From: Dictyostelium discoideum | Taxonomy: Eukaryota | Length of the DNA: 64,000 bases | Direction of reading: 5' to 3' | Assembly: GCA_000004695.1 (NCBI GenBank) | Contig: CM000151.3 | Coordinates: 1,376,001 to 1,440,000, forward strand | Part shown: positions 52,685 through 64,000 of the stretch, in pieces | How the letters are laid out: every line of letters starts with the position of its first letter | Numbering within the stretch: the stretch's first letter is position 1 | Notes under the pieces: generated by a model | Database searches by the model: none | Told to the model about the DNA's origin: nothing | Seen by the model: only the letters and a program-made list of their open reading frames with translations | Program-made: the position numbers and the translations under genes

Positions 52685-52690
52685 TAATAA
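52621..52690. repeat. (AAT)n intergenic microsatellite upstream of ppp4c
   Basis: A perfect AAT run of about 23 units. Confidence 0.9.
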
Positions 52691-52822
52691 TAATATTAAT
52701 AATAATAATAAAAAATGATCTTGATTTAATAAAGATAATAATAATAGTTGAAAGATAAAGTAGATCCAATATTTTTTTATACGAAATTGAATCATACCTT
52801 AATTTTTTTTTCAAGGTTTGGT

Positions 52823-52861
<39 letters not shown>

Positions 52862-53245
52862 GGTAAAATCTTTTTTTTTTTTTTTTTTTTTTTTATTATT
52901 TTTCTTTTTCTAAAATAAGATATTTAACCATTTCTTAAAAAAGTAAAAAACTGTGTTAGGTTTTGTTAGGTGAAAATATGGTATTTTTTAATCCCCAAAA
53001 AAAAAAACAAAAAAAAAAAAAAAAAAATTAACTTAAAAACCACAAATTTGTGTTTTGTGACCACTTTTTTCAAAAAAATAAAAAAAAAAAAATACTTTTG
53101 AATGAATTTGTGTATCTGTCTATAATTATTTTTCTTTTTAATTTTATTTTTTTTTTTAATGTTTTTTTTTTTTTTATTTATTGTTTAATTTTTTTTTTAA
53201 TTTTTTTTTTTGATTTTTTTTTTTTTTTGATTAATTAAAGATATA

Positions 53246-53291
<46 letters not shown>

Positions 53292-53330
53292 TTTTAGAAA
53301 AAAAAAAAAAAATTTTAAAAGATTAAGAGA

Positions 53331-54335
<1,005 letters not shown>

Positions 54336-54943
54336 TCTGTGGGTTTCCCAATTCCTTTAAAAATTTAAGCCCAAAAAAAAAAAAAAAAAAAAAAAATTTT
54401 CAAAAAAAAAAAAAAAAAGAAAATATCCAATGACGTGTTCAAAATCATCAAACAATCTTTTATGTTGCGATTTGGTGTTTTTTGAAAAAAAAAAAAAAAA
54501 AAAAAAAAAAATTTAAAAAATAAATTTTTAAGTGTTTTTTTGAAAATAAAAAAAAAAAAAAAAAAAAAAAAAATTTAAATCCAAAAATAAAAAGAGTTTT
54601 AAAAAAAAATTTAAAAAAAAAAAAATAAAATAAATTTTTTTATTTTAAATTCCATAAATAATTTAATAATAATTTTTTTTTTAATATTTTAATAATAATA
54701 ATAATTAACACTAATGGGTATTTTTTTTTTTGTAAAATTTTAAAAAATTCAAACATTTTATTAATAATAATAAACTTATGGTAACGCGTAAATATGTTCG
54801 GTGAAAAAAAAAAAAATTAAAAAAAAAATTAAAACCAATCCGAATTTTTATTTCGTTGAAAAAACAAAAAGATTAATTATTCATTGGATCTTGTGAAAAA
54901 AAAAAAATTTCTTTTTTTTTTTTATTTTTTTATTTTTGAATTT

Positions 54944-54979
<36 letters not shown>

Positions 54980-55431
54980 TTTATTGTTTATTATGTTATT
55001 AATTTTTTTTTTTTTAAATAAAAATCCTTTCTTTTCAATTGAAAACATTGTTGTGTGGCTATTTTAAAATATTAATATAGTAATTTTTTAAAACCTATTT
55101 TTTAAAAGTTTCACCATTTCAAGATTTGGACACGCATTCGAATCAGATTCCCAATATATTTTTCAATTTTTTTATTATTATTCCCACCCTATTATCCATT
55201 TATAAATTATTTTTAATTTTTTTTTAAAAAATTTATTTTAAAATTTAAAAAAAAAAAAAAAAAGAAAAAAAAAAACACACACACACACAACTTTTTTTTT
55301 AATTTAATTTATTTTATATTTATTAAAAAAAAAAAAAAAAAAAAAAGTTATATTGAAAAAAAAAAAAAAAAAATTTTAATTTTAAAATAAATACCCACCC
55401 CATACATATATATATTTATATATAAATATAA

Positions 55432-56307
55432 ATGGAATTATTACAACAATATCTCCAACAACAACAAGAAGAGTTAAAAATTCAAAGAGAGTTGCATAGT
55501 AGTGGCCAATCACAAAATGCCTATCAACAACAACAACAACTAGAAGATGATGAAGAGTATGATGACGATCAATTACCTTTATCACCAACACAAACTGAAG
55601 AATTTGATTATGACAATGATTATAACGATGAAGAATTCTACGATGAAGATGATGACTTTAAAGAAGATGATGATGAAGAAGAAGAAGAAGAAGATGATGA
55701 AATGTATCCAATAAGACAAGATAATAATATCGATGATGATGACTATGAAGAAGATGAAGAAGAGCAATTGTTATATCCAACTAATAATAATAATAATACC
55801 ACCACTACTACTCCCTATACTACCTATAATAATAATAATAATAATGATATTAATAATAATAATAACAATAATACAAAATCAGAGATGACTATGATACCGA
55901 CAGTATCATCTAATATTTCTTTAAATCCATTACAAATTTTGGAACAATATTTAAATACACAACAACAAATTCAACAAAAACAATTTCAAAAACATCAAGA
56001 AGAATTACAAATTCAACAATTACAACAAAATCATCCATTACAATTATTGGAACAATATTTACAACAACAACAACAAATTCAACAGGAACAATTTTTTAAC
56101 CACCAAAGAGAAAATCAAGTTCCAAATAGTAATAGTAATAGTTTAAATAGTAGTAATGAAAATAATAATAATAATGTTAATAATAATAATAATATTATTA
56201 ATAATAATAATAATAGTATTAATAATAATATGAATAATAGTAATAATAATAATAATAACAATAATAATGGAAACAAAAACCCTTTTTTTCTAGATGATTT
56301 CATTTAT

Positions 56308-56313
<6 letters not shown>
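55432..56313 (+). CDS. acidic, Gln-rich protein (293 aa) with an internally repeated LEQYLxxQQQIQQxQF motif
   Basis: MELLQQYLQQQQEELKIQRELH..., then a D/E-rich block (DDEEYDDDQ...EEEEEEDDEMY), then the repeats LQILEQYLNTQQQIQQKQFQKHQEELQIQQLQQNHP and LQLLEQYLQQQQQIQQEQFFNHQREN, then a poly-N tail. Confidence 0.5.
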
Positions 56314-56345
<32 letters not shown>

Positions 56346-56539
56346 TAAAACTTATTTATATAAAAAATAATAGGTTATCGATTTCCAAATGGTTCATTTA
56401 ATAAAAAAAAAAGTAAAAACAAACACAAACCCCAAAGGCAATATCCTGTTTGGATATTTATTGTAAATAATATAAAAATAAAATAAAATAAATAAAATAA
56501 AACAAAACAAAATAGTCAAAAAATAAACAATATATTTTT

Positions 56540-56573
<34 letters not shown>

Positions 56574-56760
56574 AATGGATTTAGTATAGATAAAATATTT
56601 TTGTAATAATTGTTCTGTTTTTTTTTTTTTTTTGCTAAAAAAATTTTATTTTTAGAATCTAATTGTTAACCATCCATTTTTTGTAATTCGGACAACAATC
56701 TTAAAATAATAATTAAAAAAGAACACAAAAAGAAAATCATATTGTAAAATCTAAAAAAAA

Positions 56761-56798
<38 letters not shown>

Positions 56799-57781
56799 TG
56801 AAGCCCCAAATGGTAATTTTTGATCAAAACTTTTTTTATTTTAATTCCTTTAAGCGTTTTTTGGATACAAATTAGGTAATGCCCTAAATCCCAAATAAAA
56901 AAAAAAAAAAAAAAAAAAAATTTTGAAAACCAATTTTGCCTTTTTTATTTCCTCATAATAATTTTTATTTAAAATCCTTTGTGAGGCTAAATGTATAAAA
57001 AAATTGAAAATTTGTTTGATATAATACAGCTGTTTTTTTTCATTTTTATTAACAAACTCGAACAAAGAAATAAAAAATAATAAAATAAAGGTTAATAATA
57101 ATTTGAAAAAAAAAAAAAAAAAAAAAGAATAATTAATCTAACATTTTCTTATTAATTCATTCAAGTTTATTAGTTTCATATGGACCATTTGATCCATTTG
57201 TTTCATTTGATTCATCCACAACCATATTGATTTCTTTGAATTACACGGTAAGTAATCAAATCTATACTCTATCATAAAATTATCATGGCACTATGATGTT
57301 TGTGTCCATATTAGTTTTATTTTTCCAAATAATAAAAATCAAAAAATTTACTTATGTAATTATAAAATTTTTTAAAAAAAATAAAAAAATTTCTTATTTA
57401 ATCATCAATGCTTCCTTATTAAGTAAAATGACTTTGTTGCCCTGTATCTGGAATTTTTTAAAAAAAAAAAGTGCCAATCAAATGATAGAGGAAAGATTTA
57501 TCAATATCATTATGGTTAATGCCAATTTTTTGGATCCAGATATCAGAGAGATTATAAATCTATATGTGCACATATGACATCTAGAATGGTTTAATATATT
57601 ATTAATACTTCAACAAACGAAATAAGTAACAATAGAAATTTTACCAATTATCCAAAATACACAATTCACAAAAATTTAAAATCAAAATCATAATTTAAAA
57701 AAAAAAAAAAAAAAAAAAATTTATTTTTATTTTTTAAAATAATCCCAATTGAATTTAGATATTGTATCTAAATTGAACAAC

Positions 57782-57883
<102 letters not shown>

Positions 57884-57917
57884 CCAAAATGATTTTTAAA
57901 TTCACAAATTTTTATAA

Positions 57918-58151
57918 TTATTTAATACCTTTGAATTGACCAGACAGACACCCCCCCCCCCCATCGATATCGGCAACATCATCACTATAACCTTGTTCTT
58001 TTATTCCAATCCAAAAGCTTTCTTGATACTTCTCTGTATCGAATATTTCTTTACCATTGTTCTCTTCATCAGTATCGTCTAAAAATAAATATTCACTTAA
58101 ATCCTTTTTAAAAAAAAAAAAAAAATTGTTTTTTACACAAAATATCCCCAT
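57918..58151 (-). CDS. hypothetical small acidic protein (77 aa); weak
   Basis: The ORF is MGIFCVKNNFFFFFKKDLSEYLFLDDTDEENNGKEIFDTEKYQESFWIGIKEQGYSDDVADIDGGGGCLSGQFKGIK. The GGGG is encoded by a 12-nt poly-C tract on the plus strand, which is unusual in this genome. The ORF includes a poly-T stretch, so the frame is uncertain. Confidence 0.25.
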   Translation of the reverse strand: MGIFCVKNNFFFFFKKDLSEYLFLDDTDEENNGKEIFDTEKYQESFWIGIKEQGYSDDVADIDGGGGCLSGQFKGIK

Positions 58152-58464
58152 GAAACTTAATTTATATCATTTTGTGTATTTTTGTGTTTTGTAAACAAAA
58201 TTAATATTAAGAAATAAATAAAATTAAATCATTGTTTATATAAAAATATTTTTCTTTTTTTTTTTTTTTTTTTCAAAGTGTCAAATTGAATGTTTTTACC
58301 AAATAAATTTATTTTTTTTTTTTTTTTTTTTTTTTTTTTCAATTTTTTATTTTTTATTTTTTTTTTTTTTTCACTTTTTTTTTTTTTTTTATTTTTTTTT
58401 AAATTTTTTTTTTATTTTTTTTTATTTTATTTTATTTTCAATAATTCTCAAAAGTAAACTCGAA

Positions 58465-58818
58465 ATGAGTATCCATTTAATCAAAAAATCAACTGGTATT
58501 ACAGGTTTAAAGGTTGAACCAAATGCAAGACATATTTTAGCAGGTTTATACAATCAACTTTTAAAGAAATTAGAAATCCTCCCACCAACTGCAGGTTACA
58601 GAAAATCAGCAGAACTCGAAACCAAATTCAGATTAGGTGTCATTGAAAATGAAACTGATATCGTTAAAATTGAAAATAAAATATATGCTGGTCAAATTGA
58701 AGAATTAATTGTTCAAGCTAAAAATGATTTAAAAGTTGTCGATTTAGTCCATGAAAGTAGAGCATGGGAATTACCAGACAAAAACAAACCACCAGTTGTC
58801 ATATATTCAAGCAAATAA
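58465..58818 (+). CDS. ndufa5: NADH dehydrogenase [ubiquinone] 1 alpha subcomplex subunit 5 (complex I B13/NDUFA5), 117 aa, single exon
   Basis: The ORF is [105 protein letters not shown]. It matches the NDUFA5/ETC1 family pattern (TGL.GL.V...R..L...Y...L..L..IP..A.YRK..E.......E.KI..GQ.EE.I.QAE.EL.L......W.PWE.L) and the typical size of about 116 aa. Confidence 0.85.
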
Positions 58819-59062
58819 ACTTTTTTTAAAAAATTTCACTTTTATATACAATATATTATTATACAAAATCAAACATAAAATAAAAAAAAACTAAAATCAA
58901 TCAGTAAAGATAAAAATAAAAAAAAAAAAAAAAAACAAATGTAAAATCATTTTTAAAAAAAAAAAAAGACCTTTTGGTCGTATTAAATACTATGTTATAT
59001 ATTTTTTTATTTGTATTTATATTTTTGTATTTTGTTTTTTATTATTATTTTATTTTTTTTTT

Positions 59063-59581
59063 TTAAGAAAGAATAATCATAGTTAAAACAAAAAATATAG
59101 CGAAAAATATTGAAGGTATCATTGATGATGAATTATTTGGTCTATCTGATTGTTTTGGTAATTCGAATGGACATTCTTTTGTATAATCTTTTGGTAATGA
59201 ATAAGTTGAACCACAAGCGGTTTGAGCCAAATTTAACATATTGTAAGCACCAGTTGCTCTGAAACAGTTACTCATTTTACAAACATATTGTTGACAATTT
59301 TTGAATGCACACGAATCTTGATTGAATAATAGTTGTTGATTCATTGGACATGAATAGGTTGCACAACATTGAATTAAATCACCAAATGTTGATTTACATG
59401 AACTATCAATGAAAACCTCTGGAACACAAATTCCAACTTTGTTTGCATTAATTGTATCTTTTGCGATATTATTATTATTACAAATGCAACTATCACTATA
59501 ACCTTTACATGCTGTTGAATTTGAACATTGTGAACATGTTCCACTTGGTGTATTTAAAACACATTTTCCTTGACTACCACA
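59063..59581 (-). CDS. 3' exon (partial CDS) of a Cys-rich secreted protein with a C-terminal GPI-anchor-like signal; the upstream signal-peptide exon was not located
   Basis: The TAG acceptor is at 59582. The in-frame translation is CGSQGKCVLNTPSGTCSQCSNSTACKGYSDSCICNNNNIAKDTINANKVGICVPEVFIDSSCKSTFGDLIQCCATYSCPMNQQLLFNQDSCAFKNCQQYVCKMSNCFRATGAYNMLNLAQTACGSTYSLPKDYTKECPFELPKQSDRPNNSSSMIPSIFFAIFFVLTMIILS*. It is Cys-rich and ends with a small-residue omega site followed by a hydrophobic tail, which is typical of GPI anchoring. Confidence 0.6.
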   Translation of the reverse strand, partial: CGSQGKCVLNTPSGTCSQCSNSTACKGYSDSCICNNNNIAKDTINANKVGICVPEVFIDSSCKSTFGDLIQCCATYSCPMNQQLLFNQDSCAFKNCQQYVCKMSNCFRATGAYNMLNLAQTACGSTYSLPKDYTKECPFELPKQSDRPNNSSSMIPSIFFAIFFVLTMIILS

Positions 59582-59656
59582 CTATTTTTTTTTCGTCAAA
59601 AAATGAAAAATAAAAAAAAAAAAATATCCAAAATTTTGTGTGAAAATATTATATTG

Positions 59657-59690
<34 letters not shown>

Positions 59691-60180
59691 AGTGATGTGT
59701 TTTTTTATTATGAAAATATTATGTTGAAAAATAAAAAATAAAAAAAAAATTTTAAAAAAAAAATGGTGTGAAAGGTTCATTTGTTTTTTCGAAAATGTGA
59801 AGGCGTGATTGTGTGGGGTGCTGGGAAATATATTTGTGTGTTTTTTTTTTTTTTTTTCAAAAAAATATGTGGCAACACACGAATATTCGCTTATTTGTGC
59901 GAGATTTTTTCTAGTTTTTTTTTTTTTTTTTAATTTTTTTAATTTTTTATATTATTCGCTTTTCAAAAGGGACTAGGAAATTAAAAAAAAAGAAAAATAA
60001 AAAAAAAAATATGAAAATTGAAAAAAAAAAAAAAAAACGGTGTTGCAAATTTGAAAAAAAATAAAATATAACAAAAAACGTATCAATTTATTCCTAATGA
60101 TTGTGAAAATAAAAATATCATAATAAAAATTTACAAAAAAAACAATTATTTAATTACATCACAATTTTAATAATAATATA

Positions 60181-60230
<50 letters not shown>

Positions 60231-60252
60231 GATTGTGCGCAGAAAGAGAGAG

Positions 60253-60290
<38 letters not shown>

Positions 60291-60299
60291 TAATTAAAT

Positions 60300-61153
60300 T
60301 TAATAACTTACATATAAATTTGAACCAATATCACAATCATAGAAAAATGGAATTCTTTGAGCATCAGGAGAGTTATCACATTTTTCATTTAATTTTTTAG
60401 TCCATGGTTCTTGACAAGTTTTTGAAGTGGAACTATCAGATTGATATGAACAAACAAGATTTACATTACAATCATATCTATTTGAACAAGCACCATTAAT
60501 TCCACTAGTGGCAACACAAGAGTTTACTCCACCTTTAGAAACACAATTTTCATTAAATTTACAATCTGATGGTGATTTGCATTGTTTATTAGCAATTAAT
60601 GTGCAAATATTTGAACTACATGTTAATAATGCCTCTTGACCTGGAATTGGACTTGCCCAACAATCTGAATCTACACTACATCCTTGACCTGCACTATAAT
60701 TATTAAAATAAAAATAAATAAAATCCAAAATAAAAAAAAATATGGAAAAAATTGTATAAAAAAAAAAAAATGAAATGAAATGGAAAATTAATTTTCATAT
60801 TTTTTTTTTTTTTTTTTTTTTTTCTTGGGGGGGTTTCATTAATATCTTTAATTTTAATTTACTTACATGGAAAAATGATTATTACCACAAACACCATTAA
60901 CACATTGATATGGAGAACATTGGATATTTGAAGTACATGAATCACCCTTGGACAAAGATTGAGTACATTTGCCAATTGGAGCCCCATTGCAATAGGAATT
61001 AAAAGCACAGGAATCTCCTGTTGTATTACAAGTGGATCCAATTGCAACAATTGATGGATCATTGAAACACATAATGGCGGGTGAAATTTGACCAAAGCAT
61101 ATTGATAATGTATTTAAAAACAATAATATTAAAATTATTGTATATTTATTCAT
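60300..61153 (-). CDS. Cys-rich secreted protein (about 227 aa), exons 61153..60867 and 60693..60300
   Basis: Exon 1 is MNKYTIILILLFLNTLSICFG (signal peptide) followed by QISPAIMCFNDPSIVAIGSTCNTTGDSCAFNSYCNGAPIGKCTQSLSKGDSCTSNIQCSPYQCVNGVCGNNHFS, with a GTAAGT donor at 60866. The ATTATAG acceptor is at 60694. Exon 2 is IAGQGCSVDSDCWASPIPGQEALLTCSSNICTLIANKQCKSPSDCKFNENCVSKGGVNSCVATSGINGACSNRYDCNVNLVCSYQ...CDIGSNLYVSY*. DSC/CxxxxC modules recur. The splice phase is consistent (phase 2 plus 1). Confidence 0.65.
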
Positions 61154-61623
61154 TTTTTAAATTTTTTAATATTATTTTATTTTTATCTCTATATATATAT
61201 ATTTAATATTATTAATGTTTGTTAATGGTGGTTTAAATTAATGATATGAACTCAATAATTTTTTTTTTTTATTTTATTTTATTTTTTTCATTTTTTTTTA
61301 TTGTAAAAATTTAATTAAAATTAAAATAAAAATAATAATAATTTGCCATTGTTAATGTGTTGGTGGTAAATTTACAAAAATAGAATCTAACTGATTTTAA
61401 TAAAAAAAAAAAAAAAAACTGAAAAATTAAAAAAAAAAAAAGATGGTGGTCAAATCTCATTGATTAGAAAAAAAAAAAAAAATAATAAAACACACTCCAA
61501 TTAAAAAGAATAAAAAAAAAAAAATAATAATAATAATTTTAAATATTAAAATAAAAATAATTATTTTATTTAATTAATTAAAAAAATAGGATAGAGTGAG
61601 AAGAAAAAAAGAGAAAAGAGAGG

Positions 61624-61665
<42 letters not shown>

Positions 61666-64000
61666 TTAATTATTAAATTTTTAAAATTTTAAATTATTAA
61701 ATCACATATTTAGAAAATTAAGAAAAAATAAATTGATATTAAATAAGTTATTTTTAAAGATATAAATAATTGATTAAAATAAAAATATGATTAAAAAAAA
61801 AAAAAAAAAAAAATTGATTATATTTATCGTGTGATGTGAAAAAAATAGGTTTTTTTTTGGTACGAAATTTAATATGATTTTGTTGTTGAAGTTGTGGCTG
61901 GTTGTACAAAAAAAAATAGCAATGGCTAAATAAAAAAAAAAAATAAAAAAAAAAAATAAAATCAAAAATAAAAAAAAAAAAAAAAAAAATTAAATTAAAA
62001 AAAAATATTTATTGTTGATATAGCTTTGATTGCCAAGAATAACGACGTTAAAAAATAAAATTTTAAAAAATAAATCAAAATAATTGTATTATTTTTTAGG
62101 AATATTTGCACCCTTTATGGTCTAAAAGTTTAACGGCAATTAATTCACCACCCACTTGTTTCAATCGAATCTAGATTCGTTTTTTAAAAACGAAATTTGT
62201 GGCGTATTTGGATGATTGAAGCACAACTTTTTTTTTTTTTTTTTTTAATCGTGCCAATTTCAAAATCACTTTTCTCTAACTTTTTCAAATTTTTATTATA
62301 ATCAACGCCAAGCCATCTTCAAAAATGGCTTCTGGACAACCAATTCAAATAATCTTTTTTTTGGGATTTTGGATTTATGAACCAAATGAGCTCAAAAAAA
62401 AATTAAAAACAAAATTATTGGTCGCCCAATAATATCTCACGATAAATAAAAAGTGGTTGGCTGGTTGGCCGGCTGTTGTTGACAATAAAAAAATATTCAA
62501 TAAAAAGTGTATTTTTTTATCAAAATGATCATAAACATTTTATTTTAATTTTATTTTATTTTTTTAATTTTATATTTTTTTTTTTTTTTCTTTTTTTTCT
62601 TTTATTTTATTTTTTTTTTTTTTTAATTTTAAAAAAAAAAATAGCATACAATGATTAAAGAAAATTTTTTTTGAAGATTTTTTATTCACCAATATTACTT
62701 TTAAAATTTTTTTTTCAATTTTTTTTCTTTGCATCCTTTGATCCTCACCCTCATACCAACACAAATTTTCTATTGGTTTTTTGTCAAAATTAAAAAAAAA
62801 ATTAGAAAAAAAAAATCACTGCCCCCTCGTCAGTAAAATATTTTTTTTTAAAAAAAAAAAAAAAAAAAAATAAAAAAGGGCGCTAAAAATAAAACTTGTT
62901 TAAAAATATCTCCTCCTTGTTTTTCAAAAATGAATTTTTTAATCTCATATGAAAGGTACAAGGGTTGAAATAATCACGCTATATTATATTTTTTTTCTAT
63001 TTTTTTTGGGCGAGACATGGGTCATATGAGAAAAAAAAAAAAAAAAAAAAAAAAATAACTTTATTGATATCAAGTGAACGTGTTCTTTTTTTTATTTATT
63101 TTTATTTTTATTTTTTTTTTTTTAAAAAAAACTAAGCAAAACGATTAGTCATATCCTGTTCAAATTTTTGGTTTTTGGATTTTTTTTTTTTTTTTTTTAT
63201 TTTTATTTTTATTTTACTTTTTTTTTTTTTTTTTATTTTATTTTTTATTTATTTTTTTTTTTTTGGGTTATTTTATTTTTTTTAATCACAAATTGTCTCT
63301 CCAATTATTTTCTTAAATCACAAAAAAAAAAAACCCCCCATTTTTTTGTCCTCAACACCAGTATGTATAAAAATGATCATTTACAATCAATAAATTTTAA
63401 ATTATAACAATATTTTATAATTAGATCAATTAAAATAATTTAATTATTTAGATAAATAATTTTAGATTTATTTAAATCTAAATAATTTTAAATAATAGAT
63501 AAATTAAATAAACAAATAAAATAAATAATTAAATAAATATATAAATAAATAAATAAATATAAATAATTGAATATAAATAATTAAATAATTAAATATATAA
63601 ATAAATATATAAACAAATAAATAATAATAAATAAATAAATAAATAAAAAAATAAAAAAAAATAAATTAATAAAAAAATAAATAAATAAATAAATAAATAC
63701 GAATATAAATAAACACGAATATAAATAAAAAAAACTAAATAATAAAATAGTAAAAATAATTAAAATATATCAATAGACATGTTAAATAATTAAAAATTCA
63801 AACTAAATTTTAATAATTGTGATAATATTAATTAATATTTAATTTTATTTTAATATATATAAATTTTTTTTTTTTCTTTTTTTCTTTTTTTTCTCTTTTC
63901 TTTTTTCTCTTTTCTTTTTTATCATTTCTTAAAACAATTATTCACATTCCATATGAATATATTTATTTTTTTTTTTTTTTTATTTTTAAAATACTCAAAT

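Noticed and set aside
57293-57577. A 94-aa plus-strand ORF, and the minus-strand 56850..57065 ORF
   Set aside because: Low-complexity AT-rich translations without splice or codon-usage support, lying in an intergenic region.

Overview
The window is eukaryotic nuclear DNA with the hallmarks of a dictyostelid social amoeba, most likely Dictyostelium discoideum. Intergenic regions and introns are about 85-90% AT with long homopolymeric A/T tracts. Introns are short, start GTAAGT or GTATGT and end (A/T)nAG. Coding regions carry abundant poly-Asn/Gln/Thr microsatellites, and several genes contain FNIP repeats. There are no prokaryotic features (no operons, CRISPR arrays, or RBS-driven gene strings) and no tRNA or rRNA genes. 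I find about 25 protein-coding genes on both strands. Genes recognised from conserved motifs are: KDEL receptor, PRP6 splicing factor, a giant FNIP/LRR protein, two tandem LURP-one-like (DUF567) paralogs, a heavily N-glycosylated type I membrane protein, a polyprenol-kinase-family membrane protein, a Kelch plus TKL-kinase protein, a PH-UBA-PX protein, a RecQ helicase, CYRI/FAM49 (six exons), an MFS transporter, an F-box/Kelch protein, a sphingosine-1-phosphate-phosphatase-like PAP2 protein, the PP4 catalytic subunit, NDUFA5, and two tandem Cys-rich secreted proteins. Several are low-complexity Q/N-rich proteins. Exon structures were derived by hand from splice signals and orthologue alignment held in memory, so boundaries can be off by a few nt, especially next to homopolymers. 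I see no novel multi-gene system of the bacterial defence-island kind. The most unusual items are a tandemly duplicated ~383-bp non-coding unit with a motif shared by a neighbouring gene, an atypically GC-rich intron in the CYRI gene, paired GTGATCAC palindromes in a bidirectional promoter, and tandem lineage-specific small secreted/Gly-Cys protein genes.
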